Shown piece by piece: positions 14,843 to 31,544 of a DNA stretch of 64,000 nucleotides. Both the position numbers and the translations under genes were made by a program. The notes beneath the pieces are model-generated. The model was not told the DNA's origin. It searched no databases and was given only the letters and a program-made list of their open reading frames with translations. The stretch lies in NCBI GenBank assembly GCA_964016885.1, contig OZ024748.1, positions 13,888,001 to 13,952,000 on the forward strand, in the 5' to 3' direction. Each line of letters begins with the position of its first letter. Positions within the stretch are counted from its first letter, which is position 1. The DNA comes from Eledone cirrhosa (Eukaryota).

Positions 14843-15063
14843 GTTTCTTATACAGGCACAAGGCCAGTAATTTGGGGGAGGGGAAAATGGATTAAATAAA
14901 CTCTAGTGTGTGACTGGTACTTTATTTTAATTTTATCGACCCCGTAATGATGAAAGGCAAAGTTGACCACGGGGGATTTGATCTCCGACCGTAAAGAGCC
15001 GTAACTCTTTGCTGCAAAGCATTTTGTCCGACCCTCTACCGATACTGCCAACCCACCGCCCTC
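14843..15063 (-). mobile_element. SINE family 1
   Basis: Full-length match to the family. Confidence 0.88.
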
Positions 15064-15192
15064 ATAATATAATAAAAATAATATAATAATAATAATAATA
15101 ATAATAATATAATATTAATAATGCTTTCTTTATTAACCACAAAGTAAAAAATTAAGGACAACACAGGACAATACCGGAAGGTACAAATGGGC

Positions 15193-15372
15193 ATTTCTAC
15201 TTTTGGTACAATGCCAGCAATTATCGCAGAACATTACTCGTACTTTATTTTATCGACCCCGTAAGGATGAAAGGCAAATTAACCTTGGCGGGATTTGAAC
15301 TCAGACCGTAAAGGGACGTAACTATGCTGGAAAGCATGGCGTCCGACTCTCTGCTGATCCTGCCAATTCACG
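15193..15372 (-). mobile_element. SINE family 1
   Basis: Match to the family. Confidence 0.85.
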
Positions 15373-15891
15373 GTAATAATAATAATATACAAAAGTTTGT
15401 TACTTTAGATCATCTCTATTTTATTATACATATTTCGAAGATGCAAAATTTATGTATAACATAATCCAAAACATGTTTCATCATACAAAATGCATAGGAG
15501 ATGCAGATACCTTTTGATAGACTGGGGGTCAAGCGAGCTGGACAAATCGGTGGCAACCAAGCATATGAATAGAAAAAAAAACCCAGCACAAGATACATTA
15601 CGTGAGCGGGAGAAAAATACAGTTAGACTTAACGTTTTTTTTTTTTTTTTTTATATACATAGATACAATACATGCACAGGTGTGTAATATATGGAGAGAA
15701 AATAGAATGAGGATGTGTATACCTGATGCTAAATATTTGTTTCGTTTCGTCAACTTATCGCTGTAAAAATATGTACAAACAATTTCTCTCTTTCTTTCTC
15801 AGTCTCATCTTCTGTTTCCTACACACACACACACACATGCATATTATCACACACACACACACACATGCATACTCACATACACTCACATACT

Positions 15892-15978
<87 letters not shown>

Positions 15979-16082
15979 GGATACTTAGTAAAATCGAATC
16001 TCTGGCGGTTTGCAAGCAAATTCGGCCTACTATATGAAATAATGAGTTAGCAAAGCACTCGATCAGGTAGGTCCTTTGAGTA

Positions 16083-16255
16083 ATAACTGTTTCTACTTTA
16101 GGCACAAGGCCAGCAATTACCCTGTGCATTACTGGTACTTTATTTTATCGACCCCGTAAGGATGGAAGGCAAAGTCAACCTCGGCGGGATTTGAACTCAG
16201 ATCGTAAAGGGACGTAACTATGCTGGAAAGCATGGCGTCCGACCCTCTACTGATA
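16083..16255 (-). mobile_element. SINE family 1
   Basis: Match to the family. Confidence 0.88.
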
Positions 16256-16269
16256 GAGTAATAACATAG

Positions 16270-16413
16270 GTTTAAATAGCTTGACAAATCGAACATCGTG
16301 GTAGGCAAAATCTAACACACAATATACCAAAGTAACGACAGAACTAACATGTTAGATTTTTTAACAGTTAGATTTTGCCTACCACAATGTTCGATTTGTC
16401 AAGCTGTTTAAAC
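16270..16413. repeat. Inverted repeat with arms of about 47 bp, next to (TA)n
   Basis: 16270-16316 vs 16367-16413. Confidence 0.8.
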
Positions 16414-16465
<52 letters not shown>

Positions 16466-16472
16466 ATATATA

Positions 16473-16700
16473 TAGAATTGGTGTGGGATGCTTAAAGCGT
16501 ACGTTAGCCGTAGGTCGTTTGAGCACTCGATGCTCTTACAGAGCAGAGTATAATATCACATAAGAAACGGAGAATCAGTGATGCGACGAATAAAATTTAT
16601 TAGACATATTACAATCATTTCTCTGGCGACCAGCTCGAGGCACGATCGATACAATGATCGAACCTGACTCTAAAATCGCAAGATCCTCTCATACGTCTCG
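16473..16700 (-). mobile_element. HHR-element copy with mutated core and full tail
   Basis: Homologous to 14368-14508; tail homologous to 24327-24450. Confidence 0.65.
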
Positions 16701-16744
16701 ATTCTACCAAGCAGAGGGAAAAGGCAGATGGAATGCTTTGCATT

Positions 16745-16890
16745 TTCAAATCTCGCCGAGGTTAACTTTGCCATTCATCCTTATGAGGTCGATAAAATAT
16801 AGTACCAGTGATGCACTGGGGGTCGATTTAACCGACTTTCCCCTGCCCCAAATTTGCTGGCCTTGTGCCTATATAAGAAACCGTTATTTC
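16745..16890 (+). mobile_element. SINE family 1, 3' part
   Basis: Family body and 3' end. Confidence 0.8.
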
Positions 16891-17130
16891 TCCGACTATC
16901 TGCGCTCACTAAGATCAATCCCCGCTGATGTCAACATTGTCGTTCATTATTTCGGTGCCGATAAAAATGTACTAGCGTTGACATATTCTGTACATATATC
17001 CTCTACATATTTTGCTACTTTCCCACTTTCTCCCTCTTTCTTTCACTCTCTCCTTTAAACATATGAAAGAAGTTCCGAACTGTAGAGGGATTGGGCTTCG
17101 CCATGTTTAGAATGCCCATGTCACGCAACA

Positions 17131-17169
<39 letters not shown>

Positions 17170-17499
17170 TATATATATATAAATATATAAAAATATATAA
17201 AAATGATATATATATATATATATAGATGTATATATGTATATATGTGTGGGGGTGTACAAAGGGAGAGAAAGAGACATCCGAATGAATTTAAACTGATATA
17301 AATTAATGCTTATCTCAACTTAAATATCAACATGACGATATATTGTATGTATAGATAATATATATTCACGGAGAATTAGATGAATTGACGTATAGATACA
17401 TTCAGGCATGTAGAAAATTCACACGTGGTATATATACATACGTATATACGTACGGGTCCACATAAAAATCCCCATTCATTGATTCTTGCATCAATAAAA

Positions 17500-17760
17500 A
17501 TGCGTATATAAATATATACATACATACATAAAAGCATACATAAATACATATATATGTACATCGATGCATACATAAATACATACATATGTACACCCATGGA
17601 TACATAAATACATATACATGTACATCCATGCATACATACATAAATACATATATATGTAGATCCATGGATACATAAATACATATATATGTATATCCATGCA
17701 TACATATATATATATGTACATCCATTCATACATATAAATATATATATACACAAACAAACA
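17500..17760. repeat. Minisatellite, unit about 32-36 bp (tacatccatgcatacataaatacatatatatg)
   Basis: Directly visible tandem units. Confidence 0.75.
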
Positions 17761-17827
17761 CATATATAAACTCATATACATAAATGCATACAGAGTTATG
17801 TGTAATTCTGTGAGTGTAAGGTTAAGG

Positions 17828-17858
<31 letters not shown>

Positions 17859-18070
17859 ACTTCCCAACAAAGGGAGGAATGTATTGCCTAGAATTTTAGA
17901 TCAGATATCCTGAAACGAGGTTTTCGGGTAAGAGGTTTGGATGGGAGATATTGAAGAATGAGTACCAACCATTATTGATTTTCTTTTTTTTTAAAGCAAT
18001 TACTGACATATCTTGATATGTACATACATCTCTCTCAACCACCGTTGTGTATATATGTAGGTTTGTGTGT

Positions 18071-18830
<760 letters not shown>

Positions 18831-19174
18831 AAATATTGGGCAAGAGAGAAGGAGTGTGTATATGTGTATGTGTCTGGTGGAAGTCATAGATGTCACACTT
18901 AACGTATATCATCATGTATTTGTGATTTTGTAAAATATTTTAGGAGGGAAATTGAAAATGGTTTCGTTATTATATTTTCTTTTCGTTTACAGAGAAACGT
19001 ATCAGATAATCTAGCGTGTGTGTATATGTATCTACATATGAATATATGTGTATGAACATATGAATGTATTTACGTGTGTATCTTTGTCTAGAAATAAGAA
19101 TATATGTATCTACGTGTGGATTCATGTACGCATATATATACACACACACACACTCACACACACACATATGTATA

Positions 19175-19268
<94 letters not shown>

Positions 19269-19328
19269 GTAGATTTATATATTGCTTATATATATGTATA
19301 TATAAATATATATATATTGATATACAGA

Positions 19329-19414
<86 letters not shown>

Positions 19415-19930
19415 CGTGTTTGCAGATAGATAGATAGATAAATATTTAGATAGATAGTTAGAGAGATAGATGCACTGGTTCAGTTTCCTGCTATTATTGT
19501 ACACCCTATTGAAAAACAGAGCATTCGAAAACATATTCAGAACAGTTTTAAAGTTTATATTATTACATTGCAACGTGAGTGTTAGGATAAAATTAACAGA
19601 TACCACTAACAACAGCATATATAACAACAAAGCCTCACATCAACAAAAACAATATCAACACAACGTTATAGATATAACCGTGTTTATCAGCTCTGGTGAT
19701 AGGTATCGATACAAAACTGCATCTGAATGTTTATACTATTTTAATACCCATTTGATGCTCACATATTTACCTTGTTTATTTCATTATCAACTGAGAATAC
19801 GTTCAGAGATACCTTTTTTGATATTCATTTATTTATGTATTTATTTACTTATTTACTTATTTATTTATTGTGCTTATGCTGCATCTCCCGTTGTTATTCA
19901 CACGCCTTCCAACCTTCTGAGAATGCACCC

Positions 19931-20001
<71 letters not shown>

Positions 20002-20355
20002 TGTTATACTTCAGAAACGAAATATATATATATATATATATTTATATACATGTGTGTGTGTGAATAAAAATGAAATGTTGCGATGTTGTTTTCACATCCG
20101 TTTGAAAATTATATATATGTGTTTGTGTGTGTGTGTGTGCGGCCGCGCGTGCGCGTGTAAGTGTGTATGTGTACGCACACATGTCTAAGTAAAAAGATAC
20201 ACACAGTCGCTGCAAAATCAAAATGAATACATTGCTAAATTGACATTCTAATATTCGCATCTTCTGATATTCTGATATTTTACAATGTGATATAGATATG
20301 ATTCTTCTCAATGGAGAGCCTCAATGAAAAAATTCGGGGTGTATATATATATATG

Positions 20356-20389
<34 letters not shown>

Positions 20390-20428
20390 AACGTATATAT
20401 TTATTTTATATTTTATATATACATATAT

Positions 20429-20471
<43 letters not shown>

Positions 20472-20698
20472 CACACACACATATATATATATATATAAAC
20501 GTATATATATATATATATTATATATGCATATATATATATATTATATATGCAAATATATATATATTATATATGCATATATATATATTATATATACAAATAT
20601 ATATATATATATATTGCGTGGTATGTATGAAAGTATATAAGTATATATTCCAGTCTTGGCATGACTGGAATTGAACCATCAGCACAGATGAGGTATTT

Positions 20699-20770
20699 AT
20701 ATATTTTATCTGATGAGGACTTACTGAGAAAACAACACACTACCTCCGAAATATATATAATAAAATATAT
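20699..20770 (+). ncRNA. Type I hammerhead ribozyme
   Basis: atatattttat-CTGATGA-gga...tcc-GAAA-tatata-TA-ataaaatatat; perfect 11-bp stem I. Confidence 0.85.
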
Positions 20771-20907
20771 TTTGATTACGTGAATGTCTATATTTATTAA
20801 TATTTTGAATTAATATTAATAACTCCAGAAAACACACTGTTGAGTGCTTCTAATCTATTGTAAAACTATATTCATTGATTAATCAGTGAACCTTGTTTAA
20901 CTTTTGG

Positions 20908-20982
<75 letters not shown>

Positions 20983-21307
20983 AACTGTAAACTGTGCTAA
21001 GAGTATTGCGATCACTTGTCAGATTACAGAACATGTTGCACTTTTATGACTGATACGAACATGTAACAGATCCTGAACAACAAGGCATGTGCTTTGAAAG
21101 TTGGGAAAGGCCTTGCACTCGACCAATCCCACTCTCTGAGCATCGAAAACACTACCAGAAAAGGAGAACTGGTCAAGATCGTCGGATGTCTCCGAAGACG
21201 AAGGCGTCTCTTTTTTCCTTTCAGAGTTTCCTTCTCTTAGAAAGGTGTTGTGACAACAACTGGGTGCCTTTCATTCCCAAGTGAAAAAAAAAACCTGACA
21301 TATATAT

Positions 21308-21765
21308 ATAGTAATAATAATAAATGTGAAAACTAAAATCCGAAGAGGGCTCAACGTGGATAATATATATATAAAAATATATAAAACCACAAAGCAAATA
21401 TTTATTAATATAACAGATTGAATTTCGACAAATTTATTTACATTATTCTTAAACTCCGAAGCTGAGAATCGTTCGGTTTCCTAAATAGTCTAATAACCCC
21501 TTTTATAAACCTGGTTTTGGTTTTTTGTCTTTCGGTGAAATTATTCTCATCGCTCCACATAACGACGTATTTTCTTCGCTTTTTTCCAGTTCATTGCCAG
21601 GGAGCGTCTTCACGAGCCAAAGTATCGTCTTCCTGTTTTCGTTCGTTTGCACAGATTTTCGAAATATTTACTTCTGCGGCCATATATTGATTCTGTTTAG
21701 TTTCAGAAGATCCCGTTAAGGGTGAAAGCAGCGATTCTTTGCTTAAACTTTACTCTGTTATTTTA

Positions 21766-21844
<79 letters not shown>

Positions 21845-21853
21845 CACACACAC

Positions 21854-21899
<46 letters not shown>

Positions 21900-22140
21900 T
21901 TATTAATATAACAGATTAAAGTTTAAGCAAAGAATCGCTGCTTTCACCCTTAACGGGAAGGGTGAAAGCAGCGAATCTTTGCTTAAACTTTAATCTGTTA
22001 TTTTAATAAATATTTGCTCTACGGTTCTTATATATTTGATATATATTTTCCTTATCGAGCCCTCTTTGGATTTTAGTCTTCAATTTTATTATTATTACTA
22101 TATATGTATATATATATATATATTAAAATAACAGATTATA
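21308..22140. mobile_element. Cluster of rearranged fragments of the acagattaaagtttaagcaaagaatcgc element family, with a fold-back at 21897-22012
   Basis: Homologous to 7824-7870 and 41155-41382; contains gaagatcccgttaagggtGAAAgca (3' half of an HHR). Confidence 0.7.
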
Positions 22141-22151
22141 TATATATATAA

Positions 22152-22300
22152 GGTGAACAGAAATAGCAACACACTCGCTACGTTATATGGATGGAATATA
22201 TTAGGTTATCGTTTTAAATTGCAAGAGGGTCTTAACGTTTCGGACGCTCGTCCTGTGTCAGAAGGACTGATAAATTAGATTGATTGAAGGGACGGGCGGG
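22152..22300 (-). mobile_element. HHR element with degenerate core (family of 62717-62840)
   Basis: cctt-CTGACACA-ggac-gagc-gtcc-GAAA-cg-TT-aagaccctctt. Confidence 0.6.
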
Positions 22301-23872
22301 GTGGAATTGGAAAATATGTCTTTATACTCAATAGGTAATGATAAGTAAACTACCAGAGGAGGGGCATAGTTAGTCGCTTTTAACACAACACACGTAAATG
22401 AGTACCTTCATTTTATGACTTGGATGCGGTCTAGTCCCCTTAGAGTTAAATATTTATGAACCGAAACACTTGCTAGAGTGATGTTTCCTCTCTGAAGGCC
22501 TTCTACTGTCGAGCTCTCATGAGAGTTTCATACGTCCTGTAAATTTTGGAAGGTAATCTACATGAGGATATTCCCCTTGTACTATAAAAGTACTATGAGG
22601 CAATTATTCAGTATAATATCTTCCACCATCAGGGTTAACAACAACGATAAAAATCAAGAACTGGGAAAGGGAAAAGTATATTCTTCAACCAGCATTTCAA
22701 AATATACATCGTGACTGATATATGTAAATGCGTGTTATCTTTCTAAAGAAATCATATCTTCACATACCAGAAATTTTACAAGCTCGTCATGAATAATTAG
22801 CTGGAAGTTAGCAATAGTTGTAATACTAATTTGTGTAATATGATACATAGTAAATATATATTTATAGGTATAAGGTAAAATCTTCAACTCAACTTTACAG
22901 CAATAACAAAACTGTAACCTGCCTATCAAATGGTGAAGCCTTTAAAAGTAATTGTACACCGGACGCCGGTTATAAAATTACGTTATGAAGAGTAAAATTA
23001 ATTGGATTCATTTAGAAAACAGAAAAGAACCAGTACATACGGCACATATTTTTCACACTAGAGAGGCAATAAATGTCAAATATATATCCAAATACACATG
23101 GTATCTGGAGGAAAATGAAAATGATACGTTAAAAATGTGTTTCAGTAATCAGAACTTCCGTTTATCTACGTGATCTACAGATCGAAATTATTTCTTTCTT
23201 GTCTAGTGTAAAAGGATTACTTTTTTACTCTATGTTTCTACAGCTTTAATAAAAACGATATGCTGTCATTGTTTTTTGTTTAACTTCAGCTGTGATCGAG
23301 TTAACCAAAGATGTTCTAGCCACGACCCTTTTATATTTTTGATTATCATTTGACCACATTATCTACTTTATCTTAACCGTTTTAGGATCACAGGATAATC
23401 TGTCTCCAATCTCTGGCCGCTGGAGATGCCATGCTGTAGTTTCCCTCGTTTGTAGATAACTGGTATGGTACTGTATGGTCCCGTAACTCATGATAGATAT
23501 GTAGTGACTCCGTATTGACATACAGCGTTTCTTGAGCATTTTAAGCCTCTCCAGGCCTGAATACAGATGTCTTCCAGTGAGAGGAAGAATCCACCTCGAT
23601 ACTAGACTGGTACCTTTTTAATCGAACTCGATTGGATGAAAGATATAGCTAACCACGGTGGGATTTGAACTCCGAGAGCCGGAACGAATGATATTAAAGT
23701 ATTCTATCCGACGTTCTAACGACTCTACCAATCCAGCGCCTTTCTATTTAACTACACGATGTTTTATAATAGGAACTAAGTATGCATGATTTAAGCAGTT
23801 GATAGACATGCTAGAAATGCCAACCAAATCGTCCCTCAATCAAAATGTGCTGGTTTAGAAAAGAAACAATAC

Positions 23873-24232
23873 GAATGTATGTATCGTATATTTGGCAATG
23901 TTCCGTATGTTTAATGAAAAACATTTAGAAGACCATACGCTATCGGTTTTAAAGTAGTGACTATGCCACTTACTTCTTTTCGGCGGAAGAAGGGAGAGAG
24001 GCTAACAGTCTGTTTCACGCTGGTTGACGATCATCAGAGCCACGGAGCCCCTGCTTCCACCGAAAATTATAGAAGCTAGATTCTTATAGAATTTCAGTAA
24101 TAATCAGGAGCTGTCTTTAAAACCGATAGCGGATGCTCTTGTACATGTTTTTCATTAAACATACGGTATATTGCCAAATATACTATACATACATTCATGT
24201 ATACATCGCTTTTCAGAGCACCAATCCTAATA

Positions 24233-24235
<3 letters not shown>
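23873..24235. mobile_element. HHR element related to 12057-12697, with inverted tail
   Basis: 23873-23953 inverted at 24115-24196; shares agtagtgac, gattcttataga, taatcaggagctg and ttcagagc.ccaat with the 12-kb copy. Confidence 0.75.
24000..24041 (-). ncRNA. Type I hammerhead ribozyme
   Basis: ggct-CTGATGA-tcgt-caacca-gcgt-GAAA-ca-gac-tg-TT-agcc. Confidence 0.8.
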
Positions 24236-24329
<94 letters not shown>

Positions 24330-24445
24330 GAAAACGAAAAATCACTGATGCATCACTGAATTTTCGTTTTCTATTCTATCATACTCTGCTCTGTAAGAGC
24401 ATAGAGTTTTCAACCGGTTCAACATAGAGTGTTCTTAGCTACCAT

Positions 24446-24497
<52 letters not shown>

Positions 24498-24556
24498 ATG
24501 GGAAAGTAAAAAACAACAAAACAGGAGTACAAGTTACGAAAGGCATTAGGTTCACG

Positions 24557-24606
<50 letters not shown>

Positions 24607-24610
<4 letters not shown>

Positions 24611-24892
24611 AACTCAGAACGTAAAGGGCCATAACTCTATGCTGCAAAGCAGGTTGTCCGGTGCTCTGCCGATACTGTCAATGTACCACCCTTGAATAAT
24701 ATTTGTTTCTACTTCTGGCACAAGGCCAGCAAATACCTCAGTACATTACTGGTACTTTATTTTATCGACTCCGTAAGGGTGAAAGGCAAAGTTAACCTCG
24801 GCAGGATTTGAACTCAGAACGGAAAAAGGGCCATAACTGAATGCTGGAAAGCATGGTGTCTGGTACTCTACAAATACTCTCAATCCACCGTC
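24607..24892 (-). mobile_element. Two SINE family 1 copies (one partial, one full)
   Basis: Match to the family. Confidence 0.85.
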
Positions 24893-26174
24893 TTTTTTGC
24901 CAATTCTAATAATACATCTCAATCGAATGATACATTATTTTAACGGATTCGGAAAGATTAAAAGTGAAGTATACATATGTGAGTGCTTTAGTTTAATATA
25001 GCAAAAATATCGAAGGTAGCGGCTATTACGTACGGTTTCATGTAATCTGAGTATTTTTGATGGCTACACCGGTCACTGTATGGACCTCAGGCGTCCTCGG
25101 ACCCTGCACTGCCCAGCTTCTCCGTCAAATCAGATCGTCAGCAGCCCGGATGAAGAAGATATCGCGCTAAGTGGGCTGGCTGTGGCAGCGAGTGGAGCTG
25201 GCCATTGTCCGCGGAAATTCCTTTACAGTTTTCTCCTCGGGCCGCGGCCTACCGCCCAGCTCCATGTATAAACCCTATCGCTTTCCCATTGCCGTTCCTT
25301 CCTTCCGTCGTCTCATAGCTCTTACTTTTTCCCGCCTTTTACTTTCATGAGATTTATATCCCTTTCTCCCTCTTTCCTCTACAATCTGCTCTGCTATCCT
25401 TCTTTTATGTTTCTTCTTTTCCTATCATATTTGCCTCAATATTTGTAATATTATTTATACAACTGTGAATTTATTTAGTAAAAATAAAATATTATATTGG
25501 TTGAGGAAAAAATATATAAACTTTATGAGAATTTAAAACATCATTTACCATGTAGGCGCATGTAGTATTTGACATAAAACTTACTGAACAACATTAACTT
25601 TAAAACTACATACGCTTCTGTCAACTACACGCTAAGATAATCACTGCCTCGTTTGTTTTTGTGTGACTGTGTGTTTGCTTGTATCTGTGTGTCTATGTGT
25701 ATATATGTGTATGTCTTTATCCATAACAAAAATGTGTTTTTATTTATTTTTATGAGTTTGCTCTCGTTGAGAGCGGAAAGTAAAATAATTTGACTTAGGA
25801 ATTAAAAGAAAGCAAGGTCAATGTTTTACTCGTTAACTTGAAATTTAAAACCTAGGTTGTAAAGTACTCCAAAATTATTACGAAGACTTGCTTTTAATGA
25901 GGTACTGCTATTATAAAAAAAAAAGTGCATAACACATAGAACATTATATATAATACATAATACATCATATATATTATATATAAAAGCATTGGTTTTCATA
26001 AATCATCTGTCTTTCTAAAATGATATAAGCCGATTACATGATACACATTGAATCAAGAGAGAATAAATTGCTTTTCAGTCTTTACAAATTCTTCCGTTTC
26101 TTTTACTAAAAAAGAAAACGAACAAATCTTAACCATCTGGAAATTCTTGTCAATTCTAGACTTCTGTCTGGATA

Positions 26175-27030
26175 CTCTTTCTCTCTCATCCCCTCTCTCT
26201 CTCCTTCTCCCTTGCTCATTCTCTCTACCCCTCTTCCTCTCTCACGCTCTCTCACCCTCCCTTTCTCTTTTTCACTCTCGCTCTCTCCTTTTCTATTTCC
26301 TTCTTTCATTCTCTCTAGTCCTCTCTCTCCCCTCGTCCTCTCTCTCGTTCTCTCCCTTTCTCTCCCCCTCTTTTATTCTGTCGCGTCCTCTCTCTCTCTC
26401 ACACACCCATCCTCTCACTCCCTCTATTTCTCTCTCCCTCTCTCATTATCTCTCTCCCTCTCATTCTCTCTCTCCCCTTCTCCTCCTTTCTCCATCTCTC
26501 TCACTCACTTTCTTTTCCCTCTCTCTCTCCCTTTCTCTCTCATCCTCTCTCCCACTCATCCTCTCACTCCCTCTCTCTCACCCTCTCTATCTCTCTCCGT
26601 TGCTCACCCTCTCTCTCCTTCTCATCCTTTCTCTCATCCTTTCTCTCCCCCTCTCTCATTCTCTCCGCACCTCTCTTTCTCACCCCTATTTCTTCTTCCT
26701 CCATCTCTTTTCCGCACTCTTTTATATACTTTTATTAAACATACCTCTTTCTTTATCCAAAGTAGTTATTTTTTATTTTTGTTATTGATATTGTTGCTGC
26801 TGTTGTTGTTGCTTTTGTTATTGTTGTTGTTATCGTGTTGTTGCTGTTGTTATTGTTGTTGTTGTCGTTGTTGTTGCCATTGTTGTTATTGTTATTGCTG
26901 TTGTTATGGTTGTTGTAGTTGTTTTTGTTGTCGTTGTTGTCGTTGTTGTTGTTGTCGTTGTTGTCGCTGTTGTTATTGTTGTTGTGGCTGTTATCGTTGT
27001 TGTTGTTGTTTTGTCTTCCGTTGTTGTCGT
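26175..27030. repeat. CT-rich low-complexity tract followed by (GTT)n
   Basis: Directly visible. Confidence 0.9.
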
Positions 27031-27284
27031 TGCTTGTTTAAGCTGAACTTAATAATGTCGGCAATGGACGACTTTTTCAAACTGACATTGAAGTGATTAC
27101 AAGCACTAAAACGTTTAAAATCAAAATGGCTGCTTCACTAATTCTTCTTCTCTTTAGATAGTCACATGTAATCTCTCAGTTTAGCTGCTACTGCTCCTAC
27201 TGCTGCCCTGATCAAAGAAGACATCTGCACGAGTTCACCTCATTGCATGCTTTATTTATATAATGGTAGTCTTCTGTTGATAAT

Positions 27285-27950
27285 GTTGGTGCTGTTGTTG
27301 GTGGTGGTGGAGGTGGTGGTAGTACTGGTGGTGGTGTGCTGATGGGTTAGTGTTGGAGATGCTGCTGTTGTTGTTGGTTTTAGTGGTGGTGGTGGTGGTG
27401 GTGTGCAAATGTGTTACTGTTGGAGTTGTTTCTGTTGTTGGTTTTAGTGGAGGTGTTGGTGGTGTGTTGATGGGTTAGTGTTGGAGATGCTACTGTTGTT
27501 GTTGGTTTTAGTGGTGGTGGTGGTGGTGGTGGTGGTGGTGTGCAAATGTGTTACTGTTGGAGTTGTTGCTGTTGTTGGTTTTAGTGGAGGTGGTGGTGGT
27601 GTGTTGATGGGTTAGTGTTGGAGATGCTGCTGTTATTGTTGTTGTTGCTGGGGGTGGTGGTGGTGTTGATGGTGCTAATGGGTTTGTGTTGCAGTTGGTT
27701 TTCTTGTTATTGATGGTGGTGGTGTGTGGATGGGTTAGTGTTAGACATACTGCTGTTATTGTTGGTTTTGGTTGAGGTGGCGATGGTGCCAATGGGTTCG
27801 TGTTGCTGTTGGTTTTGTTGTTATTCATGGTGGTGGTGTTAGTGATGGTTGTGCTGGAGATATTGTTGTTGTTAGTGGTGGTGTTGTTGTTGGCGTTGTT
27901 ACTGCTGCTGTTGGTCTTCTGGTTGTTGCTGATGCAGTTGTTGTTGATCT
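27285..27950. repeat. GGT/GTT-rich region with an approximately 130-bp tandem unit (about 3.5 copies)
   Basis: gatgggttagtgttggagatgct recurs at about 27341, 27469, 27607 and (diverged) 27729. Confidence 0.8.
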
Positions 27951-28248
27951 TATAAGTGTTTTTGTTATCTTTACTAAGAGATAAGTCAATTAGGATGGTT
28001 TTCCCTGACTACTGATTAATACGAGAAAACATTTATTCATTAAATTATTCCTCGTTTGTATAAGAATACATACATACGATTCATATCCCTCCAATTCCCC
28101 ATGTCTGCTTCTCTCTCTCTCTCTCTCTCGCCTTTTCCCCTTATTTGTATATATATATATATGTATATATATATGTTTAGGTATATATATGTTTATATAT
28201 ATATATGTTTAAGTATATATATGTATATATATATATATATATGCTTAA

Positions 28249-28893
<645 letters not shown>

Positions 28894-28931
28894 ATGCAAG
28901 GATGATTTGTTATGCCTTCATTATGTTTATT

Positions 28932-29020
28932 GACTAGTGACGCGCGTTTCGCTATTGATCAGCCCAAGGTTCGATCACTATTTATCCGGCCCGACCCTGG
29001 AATAAAAAGCTCGTCGGGTC
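28932..29020 (-). ncRNA. Hammerhead-like motif (CCGACGA core variant) between TA tracts
   Basis: CCGACGA-gct...agc-GAAA-cgcgcg-TC; palindromic stem III, weak stem I. Confidence 0.6.
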
Positions 29021-29026
29021 TCTGCT

Positions 29027-29064
<38 letters not shown>

Positions 29065-30605
29065 GCGTAAATAAAGACCGCAATTATTCTCTCGCTCGAT
29101 GTGGTTAACTTATACACTAATATCCCACACAATTGTGAAACAGAAGCTGAACTTGTACTGATTCGAAATACCGGGCTGTATAGAAACAACTTTCACTATT
29201 GAAATCTTCAGTTGTATACTACACAACTATTATATCATGTTTACTGAACGTACATACCGTCAAATATCGAGAACAAACATGTGTATTAAAGTGTCGCCAA
29301 CACACACAAATCTAATTGTGGGTTATAACGAAAAGAAACTTTAATGCAACGCCTTGAATAAAAATGTAACTCATGTTTATACTTAAATAATAACTGGAAA
29401 ATGTTTCATGATTATAAAACGAAACGTTTGATTTTGAATTTTAAATTCAAAAACAATATAACCACATTAAATATCAATATTCAAATCATGACAAAATTTG
29501 GCAACGAAGAACAACATGTTATAAAACGAAACGTTTGATATAAAATTTTAAATAAAAAAAAAATATAACCACAATACATATCAAAATTCAATTGATGATA
29601 AAATTTAACAAGGAAGAACACCTCTTTTGAAATATTATAATAACGATAATGGATGGATGGATTGAAACAGATATTCATTATAAATTTACTTCCCGCCCAC
29701 CTAAACAGTAACAAATTATCTAAATGATGATAAATATTTAATAAATATGTGAAGATTACTCGAATATTTTAGGGTAAATTAAAACTACATATATCTACAA
29801 GTATATTACGTTTGTTATATTATTCCCATTATTGTTGAAATGAAGATTTGGCTGCTATATAGATGCTAAACCCTTCTTCACGACTTATTCTGTGAAGTTA
29901 ATTGAGCACTTATATGAATGTTAAAAATCTTCCTTTGTTTACAATGAACCCTTGACATTATTGGAACATTAAGTAAAATATTTACGAACTCTATTAATTT
30001 TCCAAATATATACGAAAGAATAAGAAGACACAATATCAAGTATATAATAAATATATAATATATAATGACAATAAAATATATTATAACGATGAAGTATAAT
30101 AAAAATGAAGTATATGCTAAATATATAATATAAGTTAAAGGCTTGAAACATACAAAAAAAAAACATTTGTCAATGGAACTACTATAATTGTAAAGGTAAT
30201 CTACTTTACGTGATGAAGTTGGTTTCTTTAAAAAGCAAAGTGGGAAATAGAGAAAATATTACTAAAAATTTATAAATATATATTAAAACAAATTGAGTTT
30301 ATAGCAGGTTCGGAAACAAGTTTGATGAGAAAACGAACTTAACTGATTATCGAAACGAAATAATCATCAAAATGTTAAAGTGATTTGCCATAAAATTTTT
30401 AGCTGGAGGTTATGTTTAATGAAACAAATTCTAAAGTAAACCATATATTACAATTAAGGAAATATGCTGACTCATACGAATTGATTAAATACTAAAGCAA
30501 TTAAGGAGGAAAACAGAAATATAGCAAATATATTCAACAATGGAATTTCTCAAGATTTTGAAAAACAAACAGATAGAAACTAGAGAAAATATGTTAAAAT
30601 GTATA

Positions 30606-30664
<59 letters not shown>

Positions 30665-30670
30665 ATATGC

Positions 30671-30709
<39 letters not shown>

Positions 30710-31053
30710 TGTATATATATATATATATATATATATATGCGTGTATATATATATATTGAATTGATTTAAAGAAAAGAACGAACTACGTTGGTAATGTTTG
30801 CAATATTATTTCTTTACCCTCCCCTCTCTCTCTCTCTCTCCCAGTGTCTGTGTGTGTGTGTGTGTGAATCTTGAACACACAAACACCCATGTCCGCACAC
30901 AAATATATATGTATTTGTGCGTGTATGTTTTCCTGTGTATGTACTTATGGATATAGCCATTTGCATTTAATTAATTCTCAGTATGAATACAAAGGTTTTT
31001 AAGCACAATAAGACACTCTGCCCCCATACATGCCATTTACTCATAGGTATATG

Positions 31054-31125
<72 letters not shown>

Positions 31126-31239
31126 TGTGTATGTATATATGTGTATGTATAAAAATATATATATATATATATAAATGAAGTAATTCCGTCGAAAAAAAAT
31201 ATATATATATATATACATACACACACATACAAATTTAAT

Positions 31240-31544
<305 letters not shown>

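Noticed and set aside
26212-27096. Cys-rich metallothionein- or keratin-like ORF
   Set aside because: Translation of CT and (GTT)n repeats
27285-27950. Mucin exon on the minus strand, or telomere-like GGGTTAG
   Set aside because: Stops and frame changes between units; GGGTTAG occurs only once per unit
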